Shown: one piece after another, positions 12,481 through 26,300 of the stretch
Layout of the letters: each line of letters begins with the position of its first letter
How positions within the stretch are numbered: position 1 is the stretch's first letter
Assembly (NCBI GenBank): GCA_964016885.1
Contig: OZ024743.1
Span: forward strand, 131,936,001 to 132,000,000
From: Eledone cirrhosa
Lineage: Eukaryota
Direction of reading: 5' to 3'
DNA: 64,000 nt
The notes under the pieces: generated by a model
The model's input: only the letters and a program-made list of their open reading frames with translations
What the model was told of the DNA's origin: nothing
The model's database searches: none
Program-made: the position numbers and the translations under genes

Positions 12481-15400
12481 GTGCTTGGTATTTGGTGTTT
12501 GGTGCTTGGTGTTTGGTGCTTGGTGCTTGGTGCTGGGTGTTTGGTGCTTGGTGCTTGGTGTTTGGTGCTTGGTGCTTGGTGCTTGGTGCTTGGTGTTTGG
12601 TGCTTGGTGCTTGGTCTTTGGTGCTTGGGTTTTGGTGTTTGGTGCTTGGTGCTTGGTGTTTGGTGCTTGGTGCTTGGTGCTTGGTGTTTGGTGCTTGCTG
12701 CTTGGTGCTTGGTGTTTGGTGCTTAGTGCTTGGTGATTAGTGTTTGGTGATTGGTGCTTGGGGTTTGGTGTTTGGGGCTTGGTGTTTGGTGCTTAGTGCT
12801 TGCTGTTTGGTGTTTGGTATTTGGTTCTTGGTGCTTGGTGTTTGGTGTTTGGTGTTTGGTGGTTGGTGCTTGGTGCTTGGTGTTTGGTGCTTGGTGCTTG
12901 GTGCTTGGTGTTTGGTGCTGCGTGCTTGGTGTTTGGTGTTTGGTGCTTGGTGCCTGGTGCTTGTTGTTTGGTGTTTCGTGCTTAGTGCTTGGTGTTTGGT
13001 GTTTGGTGCTTGGTGCTTGGTGGCTGGTGTTTGGTGCTTGGTGTTTGGAGTTTGGTGCTTGGTGCTTGGTGCCTGGTGTTTCGTGCTTGGTGCTTGGTGC
13101 TTGGTGTTTGGTGTTTGCTGCTTGGTGTTTGGTGTTTGGTACTTGGTGCTTGGTGCTTGGTGCTTGGTGTTTGGTGCTTGGTGTTTGATGCTGCGTACTT
13201 GGTGTTTGGTGTTTGGTGCTTGGTGCTTGGTGTTTGGTGTTTGGAGCTTGGTGCCTGGTGCTTGTTGTTTGGTGTTTGGCTCTTGGTGCTTGGTGTTTGG
13301 TGTTTGGTGCTTTGTGCTTGGTGCTTGGTATCTGGTGTTTGGTGCTTGATGTTTGGTGTTTGGTGCTTGGTGTTTGGTGTTTGGTGCTTGGTGCTTGGTG
13401 TTTGGTGCTTGGTGTTTGGTGTTTGGTGTTTGATGCTTGGTGTTTGCTGCTTGGTGCTTGGTGCTTGGTGTTTTGTGTTTGGTGCTTGGTGCTTGGTGCT
13501 TGGTGCCTGGTGCTTGGTGCTTGGTGCTTGTTGTTTGGTGCTTGGTGCTTGGTGATAAGTGTTTGGTGCTTGGTGCTTGCGGTTTGGTGTTTGGTGCTTG
13601 GGGTTTGGTGTTTGGTGCTTGGTGCTTGGTGTTTGGTGCTTGCTGCTTGGTGCTTGGTGTTTGGTGCTTGGTGCTTGGTGTTTGGTGCTTGGTGCTTGGT
13701 GTTTGGTGTTTGGCGTTTGCTGTTTGCTGTTTGGTGTTTGGTGCTTGCTGTTTGGTGCTTGGTGCTTGGTGTTTGGTGTTTGGTGTTTGGTGCTTGGTGC
13801 TTGGTGTTTGGTGCTTGGTGCTTGGTGCTGGGTGTTTGGTGCTTGGTGCTTGGTGTTTGGTGCTTGGTGCCTGGTGCTTGGTGTTTGGTCCTTGGTGCTT
13901 GGTGTTTGGTGCTTGGTTCTTGGTGCTTGGTGCGTGGTGTTTGGTGATTGCTGCTTGGTGCTTGGTGTTTGGTGCTTGGTGCTTGGTGATTAGTGTTTGG
14001 TGATTGGTGCTTGGTGTTTGGTGTTTGGTGCTTTGTGCTTGGTGCTTGGTATCAGGTGTTTGGTGCTTGATGTTTGGTGTTTTGTGCTTGGTGTTTGGTG
14101 TTTGGTGCTTGGTGCTTGGTGTTTGGTGCTTGGTGCTTGCTGTTTGGTGTTTGGTGTTTGGTTCTTGGTGCTTGGTGTTTGGTGTTTGGTGTCTGGTGCT
14201 TGGTGCTTGGTGCTTGGTGTTTGGTGCTTGGTGCTTGGTGCTTGGTGTTTGGTGCTGCGTGCTTGGTGTTTGGTGTTTGGTGCTTGGTGCCTGGTGCTTG
14301 TTGTTTGGTGTTTGGTGCTTAGTGCTTGGTGTTTGGTGTTTGGTGCTTGGTGCTTGGTGGCTGGTGCTTGGTGCTTGGTGTTTGGAGTTTGGTGCTTGGT
14401 GCTTGGTGCCTGGTGTTTCGTGCTTGGTGCTTGGTGCTTGGTGTTTGGTGTTTGGTGCTTGGTGTTTGGTGTTTGGTACTTGGTGCTTGGTGCTTGGTGC
14501 TTGGTGTTTGGTGCTTGGTGTTTGATGCTGCGTGCTTGGTGTTTGGTGTTTGGTGCTTGGTGCTTGGTGTTTGGTGTTTGGAGCTTGGTTCCTGCTGCTT
14601 GTTGTTTGGTGTTTGGGGCTTGGTGCTTGGTGTTTGGTGTTTGGTGCTTGGTGCTTGGTGCTTGGTATCTGGTGTTTGGTGCTTGATGTTTGGTGTTTGG
14701 TGCTTGGTGCTTGGTGCTTTGTGTTTGGTGTTTGGTGCTTGGTGCTTGGTGTTTGGTGCTTGGTGTTTGGTGTTTGGTGTTTGATGCTTGGTGTTTGCTG
14801 CTTGGTGCTTGGTGCTTGGTGTTTTGTGTTTGGTGCTTGGTGCCTGGTGCCTGGTGCTTGGTGCTTGGTGCTTGTTGTTTGGTGCTTGGTGCTTGGTGAT
14901 TAGTGTTTGGTGCTTGGTGCTTGCGGTTTGATGTTTGGTGCTTGGGGTTTGGTGTTTGGTGCTTGGTGCTTGGTGTTTGGTGCTTGGTGCTTGGTGCTTG
15001 GTGTTTGGTGCTTGGTGCTTGGTGTTAGGTGTTTGGTGCTTGGTGCTTGGTGTTTGATGTTTGGTCCTTGGTGCTTGGTGTTTGGTGTTTGGTGCTTGGT
15101 GCTTGGTGTTTGGTGTTTGGTGCTTGCTGCTTGCTGCTTGGTGTTTGGTGCTTGGTGATTGGTGCTTGGTGTTTTGTGCTTGGTGCTTGGTGTTTGGTGT
15201 TTGGTGCTAGGGGCTTGGTGCTTGGTGCTTGGTGTTTAGTGCCTGGTGCTTGCTGTTTGGTGTTTGGTGCTTGGTGCGTGGGACATAGTGTTTGGTGTTT
15301 GGTGCTTGGTGTTTGGTGATTGGTGTTTGGTGCTTGGTGTTTGGGGCTTGGTGTTCGGTGCTTGGTGCTTGGTGCTTGGGGCTTGGTGTTTGGTGTTTGG

Positions 15401-18400
15401 TGCTTGGTGCTTGGTGTTTGATCTTGGGTCCTTGGTGCTTGGTCTTTGGTGTTTGGTGCTTGGTGCTTGGTGTTTGGTGCTTGGTGCTTGGTGTTTGGTG
15501 TTTGGTGCTTGGTGCTTGGGGCTTGGTGTTTGGTGCTTGGTGCTTGGTGTTTGGTGCTTGGTGCTTGGGGCTTGGTAGTTGGTGCTTGGTGCTTGGTGCC
15601 TGGTGTTTGGTGTTTGGTGTTTGGTGCTTGGTGTTTGGTGCTTGGTGCTTGGTGTTTGGTGTTTGGAGCTTGGTGCCTGGTGCTTGTTGCTTGGTGTTTG
15701 GCGCTTGGTGCTTGGTGTTTGGTGTTTGGTGCTTGGTGCTTGGTGCTTGGTATCTGGTGTTTGGTGCTTGATGTTTGGTGTTTGGTGCTTGGTGTTTGGT
15801 GTTTGGTGCTTGGTGCTTGGTGTTTGGTGCTTGGTGCTTGGTGTTTTGTGTTTGGTGCTTGGTGCTTGGTGCCTGGTGCTTGGTGCTTGCTGCTTGTTGT
15901 TTGGTGCTTGGTGCTTGGTGATTAGTGTTTGGTGCTTGGTGCTTGCGGTTTGGTGTTTGGTGCTTGGGGTTTGGTGCTTGGTGCTTGGTGCTTGGTGTTT
16001 GGTGCTTGGTGCTTGGTGTTTGGTGCTTGGTGCCTGGTGTTTGGTGTTTGGCGTTTGCTGTTTGCTGTTTGGTGTTTGGTGCTTGCTGTTTGGTGCTTGG
16101 TGCATGGTGTTTGCTGTTTGGTGTTTTGTGCTTGGTGCTTGGTGTTTGGTGCTTGGTGCTTGGTGCTGGGTGTTTGGTGCTTGGTGCTTGGTGTTTGGTG
16201 CTTGGTGCTTGGTGTTTGGTGTTTGGTCCTTGGTGCTTGGTGCTTGGTGCTTGGTATTTGGTGCTTGGGTTTTGGTGTTTGGTGCTTGGTGCTTGGTGTT
16301 TGGTGCTTGGTCTTGGTGCTTGGTGCTTGGTGTTTGGTGATTGCTGCTTGGTGCTTGGTGTTTGGTACTTGGTGCTTGGTGATTAGTGTTTGGTGATTGG
16401 TGCTTGGGGTTTGCTGTTTGGTGCTTGGTGTTTGGTGCTTGGTACTTGCTGTTAGGTGTTTGGTGTTTGGTTCTTGGTGCTTGGTGTTTGGTGTTTGGTG
16501 TCTGGTGCTTGGTGCTTGGTGCTTGGTGTTTGGTGCTTGGTGCTTGGTGCTTGGTGTTTGGTGCTGCGTGCTTGGTGTTTGGTGTTTGGTGCTTGGTGCC
16601 TGGTGCTTGTTGTTTGGTGTTTGGTGCTTAGTGCTTGGTGTTTGGTGTTTGGTGCTTGGTGCTTGGTGGCTGGTGCTTGGTGCTTGGTGTTTGGAGTTTG
16701 GTGCTTGGTGCTTGGTGCCTGGTGTTTCGTGCTTGGTGCTTGGTGCTTGGTGTTTGGTGTTTGGGGATTGGTGTTTGGTGTTTGGTGCTGGGTGCATGGA
16801 GTTTGGTGCTTGGTGCTTAGTGCTTGGTGTTTGGTGTTTGGTGCTTGGTATTTGATGCTTGGTGTGTGGTGCTTGGTGCTTGGTGTTTTGTGTTTGGTGC
16901 TTGGTGCCTGGTGCTTGGTGCTTGGTGCTTGTTGTTTGGTGCTTGGTGCTTGATGATTAGTGTTTGGTGCTTGGTGCTTGGTGTTTGGTGCTTGGTGTTT
17001 GGTGCTTGGTGCCTGGTGCTTGGTGTTTGGTGTTTGGTGCTTGGTGTTGTGTGCTTGGTGCTTGGTGCTTGCTGTTTGGTTTTTGGTGCTTGGTGTTTGG
17101 TGTTTGCTGTTTGGTGTTTGCTGTTTGGTGTTTGGTGTTTGGTGCTGGCTGTTTGGTGCTTGGTGCTTGGTATTTGGTATTTGGTGCTTGGTGTTTGGTG
17201 CTTGGTGCTTGGTGCTGGGTGTTTGGTGCTTGGTGCTTGGTGTTTGGTGCTTGGTGTCTGGTGCTTGGTGCTTGGTGTTTGGTGCTTGGTGCTTGGTCTT
17301 TGGTGCTTGGGTTTTGGTGTTTGGTGCTTGGTGCTTGGTGTTTGGTGCTTGGTGCTTGGTGCTTGGTGTTTGGTGCTTGCTGCTTGGTGCTTGGTGTTTG
17401 GTGCTTAGTGCTTGGTGATTAGTGTTTGGTGATTGGTGCTTGGGGTTTGGTGTTTGGGGCTTGGTGTTTGGTGCTTAGTGCTTGCTGTTTGGTGTTTGGT
17501 ATTTGGTTCTTGGTGCTTGGTGTTTGGTGTTTGGTGTTTGGTGGTTGGTGCTTGGTGCTTGGTGTTTGGTGCTTGGTGCTTGGTGCTTGGTGTTTGGTGC
17601 TGCGTGCTTGGTGTTTGGTGTTTGGTGCTTGGTGCCTGGTGCTTGTTGTTTGGTGTTTCGTGCTTAGTGCTTGGTGTTTGGTGTTTGGTGCTTGGTGCTT
17701 GGTAGCTGGTGTTTGGTGCTTGGTGTTTGGAGTTTGGTGCTTGGTGCTTGGTGCCTGGTGTTTCGTGCTTGGTGCTTGGTGCTTGGTGTTTGGTGTTTGC
17801 TGCTTGGTGTTTGGTGTTTGGTACTTGGTGCTTGGTGCTTGGTGCTTGGTGTTTGGTGCTTGGTGTTTGATGCTGCGTGCTTGGTGTTTGGTGTTTGGTG
17901 CTTGGTGCTTGGTGTTTGGTGTTTGGAGCTTGGTGCCTGGTGCTTGTTGTTTGGTGTTTGGCTCTTGGTGCTTGGTGTTTGGTGTTTGGTGCTTTGTGCT
18001 TGGTGCTTGGTATCTGGTGTTTGGTGCTTGATGTTTGGTGTTTGGTGCTTGGTGTTTGGTGTTTGGTGCTTGGTGCTTGGTGTTTGGTGCTTGGTGTTTG
18101 GTGTTTGCTGTTTGATGCTTGGTGTTTGCTGCTTGGTGCTTGGTGCTTGGTGTTTTGTGTTTGGTGCTTGGTGCTTGGTGCTTGGTGCCTGGTGCTTGGT
18201 GCTTGGTGCTTGTTGTTTGGTGCTTGGTGCTTGGTGATAAGTGTTTGGTGCTTGGTGCTTGCGGTTTGGTGTTTGGTGCTTGGGGTTTGGTGTTTGGTGC
18301 TTGGTGCTTGGTGTTTGGTGCTTGGTGCTTGGTGCTTGGTGTTTGGTGCTTGGTGCTTGGTGTTTGGTGCTTGGTGCTTGGTGTTTGGTGTTTGGCGTTT

Positions 18401-20330
18401 GCTGTTTGCTGTTTGGTGTTTGGTGCTTGCTGTTTGGTGCTTGGTGCTTGGTGTTTGGTGTTTGGTGTTTGGTGCTTGGTGCTTGGTGTTTGGTGCTTGG
18501 TGCTTGGTGCTGGGTGTTTGGTGCTTGGTGCTTGGTGTTTGGTGCTTGGTGCTTGGTGCTTGGTGTTTTGTGTTTGGTGCTTGGTGTTTGGTGCTTGGTT
18601 CTTGGTGCTTGGTGCGTGGTGTTTGGTGATTGCTGCTTGGTGCTTGGTGTTTGGTGCTTGGTGATTGGTGATTAGTGTTTGGTGATTGGTGCTTGGTGTT
18701 TGGTGTTTGGTGCTTTGTGCTTGGTGCTTGGTATCAGGTGTTTGGTGCTTGATGTTTGGTGTTTGGTGCTTGGTGTTTGGTGTTTGGTGCTTGGTGCTTG
18801 GTGTTTGGTGCTTGGTGCTTGCTGTTTGGTGTTTGGTGTTTGGTTCTTGGTGCTTGGTGTTTGGTGTTTGGTGTCTGGTGCTTGGTGCTTGGTGCTTGGT
18901 GTTTGGTGCTTGGTGCTTGGTGCTTGGTGTTTGGTGCTGCGTGCTTGGTGTTTGGTGTTTGGTGCTTGGTGGCTGGTGCTTGTTGTTTGGTGTTTGGTGC
19001 TTAGTGCTTGGTGTTTGGTGTTTGGTGCTTGGTGCTTGGTGGCTGGTGCTTGGTGCTTGGTGTTTGGAGTTTGGTGCTTGGTGCTTGGTGCCTGGTGTTT
19101 CGTGCTTGGTGCTTGGTGCTTGGTGTTTGGTGTTTGGTGCTTGGTGTTTGGTGTTTGGTACTTGGTGCTTGGTGCTTGGTGCTTGGTGTTTGGTGCTTGG
19201 TGTTTGATGCTGCGTGCTTGGTGTTTGGTGTTTGGTGCTTGGTGCTTGGTGTTTGGTGTTTGGAGCTTGGTTCCTGCTGCTTGTTGTTTGGTGTTTGGTG
19301 CTTGGTGCTTGGTGTTTGGTGTTTGGTGCTTGGTGCTTGGTGCTTGGTATCTGGTGTTTGGTGCTTGATGTTTGGTGTTTGGTGCTTGGTGCTTTGTGCT
19401 TGGTGTTTGGTGTTTGGTGCTTGGTGCTTGGTGTTTGGTGCTTGGTGTTTGGTGTTTGGTGTTTGATGCTTGGTGTTTGCTGCTTGGTGCTTGGTGCTTG
19501 GTGTTTTGTGTTTGGTGCTTGGTGCCTGGTGCCTGGTGCTTGGTGCTTGGTGCTTGTTGTTTGGTGCTTGGTGCTTGGTGATTAGTGTTTGGTGCTTGGT
19601 GCTTGCGGTTTGATGTTTGGTGCTTGGGGTTTGGTGTTTGGTGCTTGGTGCTTGGTGTTTGGTGCTTGGTGCTTGGTGCTTGGTGTTTGGTGCTTGGTGC
19701 TTGGTGTTAGGTGTTTGGTGCTTGGTGCTTGGTGTTTTATGTTTGGTCCTTGGTGCTTGGTGTTTGGTGTTTGGTGCTTGGTGCTTGGTGTTTGGTGTTT
19801 GGTGCTTGCTGCTTGCTGCTTGGTATTTGGTGCTTGGTGATTGGTGCTTGGTGTTTTGTGCTTGGTGCTTGGTGTTTGGTGTTTGGTGCTAGGGGCTTGG
19901 TGCTTGGTGCTTGGTGTTTAGTGCCTGGTGCTTGCTGTTTGGTGTTTGGTGCTTGGTGCGTGGGACATAGTGTTTGGTGTTTGGTGCTTGGTGTTTGGTG
20001 ATTGGTGTTTGGTGCTTGGTGTTTGGGGCTTGGTGTTCGGTGCTTGGTGCTTGGTGCTTGGGGCTTGGTGTTTGGTGTTTGGTGCTTGGTGCTTGGTGTT
20101 TGATCTTGGGTCCTTGGTGCTTGGTCTTTGGTGTTTGGTGCTTGGTGCTTGGTGTTTGGTGCTTGGTGCTTGGTGTTTGGTGTTTGGTGCTTGGTGCTTG
20201 GGGCTTGGTGTTTGGTGCTTGGTGCTTGGTGTTTGGTGCTTGGTGCTTGGGGCTTGGTAGTTGGTGCTTGGTGCTTGGTGCCTGGTGTTTCGTGTTTGGT
20301 GTTTGGTGCTTGGTGTTTGGTGCTTGGTGC
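10900..20330. repeat. ~4.7-kb tandem higher-order duplication (about 10900-15650 and 15650-20330)
   Basis: Near-identical ORF pairs at offset 4682: 12744/17426, 13997/18679, 14907/19589, 15246/19928. The first part has offsets 4738-4766 (TTGGAGC at 10925/15663; ORFs 11620/16386). The 6-bp monomer TTGGTC is shared at 11541/16307. Confidence 0.9.
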
Positions 20331-23300
20331 TTGGTGCTGGGTGGTTGGTGTTTGGTGCTTGGTGCTTCGTGTTTGGTGCTTGGTGCTTGGTGCTTGTTGT
20401 TTGGTGCTTGGTGCTTGGTGCTTGGTCTTTGGTGCATGGTGTTTGGTGTTTGGCGCTTGGTGCTTGGTGTTTGGTGCTTGGTGCTTGGTGCTTGGTGTTT
20501 GGTGCTTGGTTCTTGGTGATTAGTGTTTGTTGCTTGGTGCTTGGTGTTTGGTGTTTGGTGTTTGCTGTTTGGTGTCTGCTTTTTGGTGTTTGGTGTTTGC
20601 TGTATGGTGTTTGCTCTTTCGTATTTGGTTTTTGCTGTTTGGTGTTTGGTGTTTGCTGTTTTGTGTTTGGTGTTTGGTGCTTGGTGCTTGGTGCTTGGTG
20701 TTTGGCGTTTGGTGCTTGGAGCTTGGTGTTTGGTGCTTGGTGCTTGGTGTTTGGTGTTTGGTGCTTGGTGCCTGGTGCTTGTTGTATGGTGTTTGGTGCT
20801 TGGTGCTTGGTGTTTGGTGTTTGCTGCTTGGTGTCTGGTGTTTGGTGCTTGGTGTTTGGTGCTTGGTGCTTGGTGCTTGGTGCTTGGTGTTTGGTGTTTG
20901 GTGCTTGGTGCTTGGTGTTTGGTGTTTGGTGCTTGGTATTTGGTGTTTGGTGTTTGATGCTTGGTGTGTGGTGCTTGGTGATTGGTGTTTTGTGTTTGGT
21001 GCTTGGTGCTTGGTGCCTGGTGCTTGGTGCTTGGTGCTTGTTGTTTGGTGCTTGGTGCTTGGTGATTAGTGTTTGGTGCTTGGTCCTTGGGGTTTGCTGT
21101 TTGGTGCGTGGAGCTTGGTATTTGGTGCTTGGTGCTTGGTGTTTGGTGTTTGGTGCTTGGTGCTTGGTGTTTGGTGCTTGGTGCTTGGTGTTTGGTGCTT
21201 GGTGCTTTGTGTTTGGTGCTTGGTGTTTGGTGCTTGGTGCTTGGTGCTTGGTGCTTGGTGTTAGGTGTTTGGTGCTTGGTGTTTGGTGCTTGGTGCTTGC
21301 TGTTTGGTGTTTGGTGTTTGGTTCTTGGTGCTTGGTGCTTGGTGTTTGGTGCTTGGTGCTTGGTGCTTGGTGCTTGGTGTTTGGTGCTTGGTGTTTGATG
21401 CTGCGTGCTTGGTGTTTGGTGTTTGGTGCTTGGTGCTTGGTGTTTGGTGTTTGGAGCTTGATTCCTGCTGCTTGTTGTTTGGTGTTTGGTGCTTGGTGCT
21501 TGGTGTTTGGTGTTTGTTGCTTGGTGCTTGGTGCTTGGTATCTGGTGTTTAGTGCTTGGTGTTTGGTGTTTGGTGCTTGGTGCTTGGTGTTTGGTGCTTG
21601 GTGTTTGGTGTTTGGTGTTTGATGCTTGGTGTTTGCTGCTTGGTGCTTGGTGCTTGGTGTTTTGTGTTTGGTGCTTGGTGCCTGGTGCCTGGTGCTTGGT
21701 GCTTGGTGCTTGGTGTTTGGTGCTTGGTGCTTGGTGATTAGTGTTTGGTGCTTGGTGCTTGCGGTTTGATGTTTGGTGCTTGGGGTTTGGTGTTTGGTGC
21801 TTGGTGCTTGGTGTTTGGTGCTTGGTGCTTGGTGCTTGGTGTTTGGTGCTTGGTGCTTGGTGTTAGGTGTTTGGTGCTTGGTGCTTGGTGTTTGATGTTT
21901 GGTCCTTGGTGCTTGGTGTTTGGTGTTTGGTGCTTGGTGCTTGGTGTTTGGTGTTTGGTGCTTGCTGCTTGCTGCTTGGTGTTTGGTGCTTGGTGATTGG
22001 TGCTTGGTGTTTTGTGCTTGGTGCTTGGTGCTTGGTATCTGGTGTTTGGTGCTTGGTGTTTGGTGTTTGGTGCTTGGTGCTTGGTGTTTGGTGCTTGGTG
22101 CTTGGTGCTTGGTGTTTGGTGCTTGGTGCTTGGTGTTAGGTGTTTGGTGCTTGGTGCTTGGTGTTTGATGTTTGGTCCTTGCTGCTTGGTGTTTGGTGTT
22201 TGGTGCTTGGTGCTTGGTGTTTGGTGCTTGGTGCTTGGTGTTTGATGTTTGGTCCTTGGTGCTTGGTGTTTGGTGTTTGGTGCTTGGTGCTTGGTGTTTG
22301 GTGTTTGGTGCTGGCTGCTTGCTGCTTGGTGTTTGGTGCTTGGTGATTGGTGCTTGGTGTTTTGTGCTTGGTGCTTGGTGCTTGGTATCTGGTGTTTGGT
22401 GCTTGGTGTTTGGTGTTTGATGCTTGGTGTTTGCTGCTTGGTGCTTGGTGCTTGGTGTTTTGTGTTTGGTGCTTGGTGCTTGGTGCTTGGTATCTGGTGT
22501 TTGGTGCTTGGTGTTTGGTGTTTGGTGCTTGGTGCTTGGTGTTTGGTGCTTGGTGTTTGGTGTTTGGTGTTTGATGCTTGGTGTTTGCTGCTTGGTGCTT
22601 GGTGCTTGGTGTTTTGTGTTTGGTGCTTGGTGCCTGGTGCCTGGTGCTTGGTGCTTGGTGCTTGTTGTTTGGTGCTTGGTGCTTGGTGATTAGTGTTTGG
22701 TTCTTGGTGCTTGCGGTTTGATGTTTGGTGCTTGGGGTTTGGTGTTTGGTGCTTGGTGCTTGGTGTTTGGTGCTTGGTGCTTGGTGCTTGGTGTTTGGTG
22801 CTTGGTGCTTGGTGTTAGGTGTTTGGTGCTTGGTGCTTGGTGTTTGATGTTTGGTCCTTGGTGCTTGGTGTTTGGTGTTTGGTGCTTGGTGCTTGGTGTT
22901 TGGTGTTTGGTGCTTGCTGCTTGCTGCTTGGTGTTTGGTGCTTGGTGATTGGTGCTTGGTGTTTGGTGCTAGGGGCTTGGTGCTTGGTGCTTGGTGTTTG
23001 GTGCCTGGTGCTTGCTGTTTGGTTTTTGGTGCTTGGTGCGTGGGACATAGTGTTTGGTGTTGGGTGCTTGGTGTTTGGTGATTGGTGTTTGGTGCTTGGT
23101 GTTTGGGGCTTGGTGTTCGGTGCTTGGTGCTTGGTGCTTGGGGCTTGGTGTTTGGTGTTTGGTGCTTGGTGCTTGGTGTTTGATCTTGGGTCCTTGGTGC
23201 TTGGTCTTTGGTGTTTGGTGCTTGGTGCTTGGTGTTTGGTGCTTGGTGCTTGGTGTTTGGTGTTTGGTGCTTGGTGCTTGGGCTTGGTGTTTGGTGCTTG

Positions 23301-26300
23301 GTGCTTGGTGTTTGGTGCTTGGTGCTTGGGGCTTGGTAGTTGGTGCTTGGTGCTTGGTGCCTGGTGTTTGGTGTTTGGAGTTTGGTGCTTGGTGTTTGGT
23401 GCTTGGTGCTTGGTGCTGGGTGGTTGGTGTTTGGTGCTTGGTGCTTGGTGTTTGGTGCTTGGTGCTTGGTGCTTGTTGTTTGGTGCTTGGTGCTTGGTGC
23501 TTGGTCTTTGGTGCATGGTGTTTGGTGTTTTGCGCTTGGTGCTTGGTGCTTGGTGTTTGGTGCTTGGTGCTTGGTGCTTGGTGTTTGGTGCTTGGTTCTT
23601 GGTGATTAGTGTTTGTTGCTTGGTGCTTGGGGTTTGGTGGTTTGTCCTTGGTGCTTGGTGTTTGGTGTTTGGTGTTTGGTGTTTGGTGTTTGCTGTTTGG
23701 TGTCTGCTTTTTGGTGTTTGGTGTTTGCTGTATGGTGTTTGCTGTTTCGTATTTGGTTTTTGCTGTTTGGTGTTTGGTGTTTGGTGTTTGGTGCTTGGTG
23801 CCTGGTGCTTGTTGTATGGTGTTTGGTGCTTGGTGCTTGGTGTTTGGTGTTTGCTGCTTGGTGTCTGGTGTTTGGTGCTTGGTGTTTGGTGTTTGGTGCT
23901 TGGTGCTTGGTGCTTGGTGTTTGGTGTTTGGTGCTTGGTGCTTGGTGTTTGGTGTTTGGTGCTTGGTGCTTGGTGTTTGGTGTTTGGCGTTTGCTGTTTG
24001 CTGTTTGGTGTTTGGTGCTTGCTGTTTGGTGCTTGGTGCTTGGTGTTTGGTGTTTGGTGTTTGGTGCTTGGTGCTTGGTGTTTGGTGCTTGGTGCTTGGT
24101 GCTGGGTGTTTGGTGCTTGGTGCTTGGTGTTTGGTGCTTGGTGCTTGGTGCTTGGTGTTTTGTGTTTGGTGCTTGGTGTTTGGTGCTTGGTTCTTGGTGC
24201 TTGGTGCGTGGTGTTTGGTGATTGCTGCTTGGTGCTTGGTGTTTGGTGCTTGGTGCTTGGTGATTAGTGTTTGGTGATTGGTGCTTGGTGTTTGGTGTTT
24301 GGTGCTTTGTGCTTGGTGCTTGGTATCAGGTGTTTGGTGCTTGATGTTTGGTGTTTGGTGCTTGGTGTTTGGTGTTTGGTGCTTGGTGCTTGGTGTTTGG
24401 TGCTTGGTGCTTGCTGTTTGGTGTTTGGTGTTTGGTTCTTGGTGCTTGGTGTTTGGTGTTTGGTGTCTGGTGCTTGGTGCTTGGTGCTTGGTGTTTGGTG
24501 CTTGGTGCTTGGTGCTTGGTGTTTGGTGCTGCGTGCTTGGTGTTTGGTGTTTGGTGCTTGGTGCCTGGTGCTTGTTGTTTGGTGTTTGGTGCTTAGTGCT
24601 TGGTGTTTGGTGTTTGGTGCTTGGTGCTTGGTGGCTGGTGCTTGGTGCTTGGTGTTTGGAGTTTGGTGCTTGGTGCTTGGTGCCTGGTGTTTCGTGCTTG
24701 GTGCTTGGTGCTTGGTGTTTGGTGTTTGGTGCTTGGTGTTTGGTGTTTGGTACTTGGTGCTTGGTGCTTGGTGCTTGGTGTTTGGTGCTTGGTGTTTGAT
24801 GCTGCGTGCTTGGTGTTTGGTATTTGGTGCTTGGTGCTTGGTGTTTGGTGTTTGGAGCTTGGTTCCTGCTGCTTGTTGTTTGGTGTTTGGTGCTTGGTGC
24901 TTGGTGTTTGGTGTTTGGTGCTTGGTGCTTGGTGCTTGGTATCTGGTGTTTGGTGCTTGATGTTTGGTGTTTGGTGCTTGGTGCTTTGTGCTTGGTGTTT
25001 GGTGTTTGGTGCTTGGTGCTTGGTGTTTGGTGCTTGGTGTTTGGTGTTTGGTGTTTGATGCTTGGTGTTTGCTGCTTGGTGCTTGGTGCTTGGTGTTTTG
25101 TGTTTGGTGCTTGGTGCCTGGTGCCTGGTGCTTGGTGCTTGGTGCTTGTTGTTTGGTGCTTGGTGCTTGGTGATTAGTGTTTGGTGCTTGGTGCTTGCGG
25201 TTTGATGTTTGGTGCTTGGGGTTTGGTGTTTGGTGCTTGGTGCTTGGTGTTTGGTGCTTGGTGCTTGGTGCTTGGTGTTTGGTGCTTGGTGCTTGGTGTT
25301 AGGTGTTTGGTGCTTGGTGCTTGGTGTTTGATGTTTGGTCCTTGGTGCTTGGTGTTTGGTGTTTGGTGCTTGGTGCTTGGTGTTTGGTGTTTGGTGCTTG
25401 CTGCTTGCTGCTTGGTGTTTGGTGCTTGGTGATTGGTGCTTGGTGTTTTGTGCTTGGTGCTTGGTGTTTGGTGTTTGGTGCTAGGGGCTTGGTGCTTGGT
25501 GCTTGGTGTTTAGTGCCTGGTGCTTGCTGTTTGGTGTTTGGTGCTTGGTGCGTGGGACATAGTGTTTGGTGTTTGGTGCTTGGTGTTTGGTGATTGGTGT
25601 TTGGTGCTTGGTGTTTGGGGCTTGGTGTTCGGTGCTTGGTGCTTGGTGCTTGGGGCTTGGTGTTTGGTGTTTGGTGCTTGGTGCTTGGTGTTTGATCTTG
25701 GGTCCTTGGTGCTTGGTCTTTGGTGTTTGGTGCTTGGTGCTTGGTGTTTGGTGCTTGGTGCTTGGTGTTTGGTGTTTGGTGCTTGGTGCTTGGGGCTTGG
25801 TGTTTGGTGCTTGGTGCTTGGTGTTTGGTGCTTGGTGCTTGGGGCTTGGTAGTTGGTGCTTGGTGCTTGGTGCCTGGTGTTTGGTGTTTGATGTTTGGTG
25901 CTTGGTGTTTGGTGCTTGGTGCTTGGTGCTGGGTGGTTGGTGTTTGGTGCTTGGTGCTTGGTGTTTGGTGCTTGGTGCTTGGTGCTTGTTGTTTGGTGAT
26001 TGGTGCTTGGTGCTTGGTCTTTGGTGCATGGTGTTTGGTGTTTGGCGCTTGGTGCTTGGTGCTTGGTGTTTGGTGCTTGGTGCTTGGTGCTTGGTGTTTG
26101 GTGCTTGGTTCTTGGTGATTAGTGTTTGTTGCTTGGTGCTTGGTGTTTGGTGTTTGGTGTTTGCTGTTTGGTGTCTGCTTTTTGGTGTTTGGTGTTTGCT
26201 GTATGGTGTTTGCTCTTTCGTATTTGGTTTTTGCTGTTTGGTGTTTGGTGTTTGCTGTTTTGTGTTTGGTGTTTGGTGCTTGGTGCTTGGTGCTTGGTGT

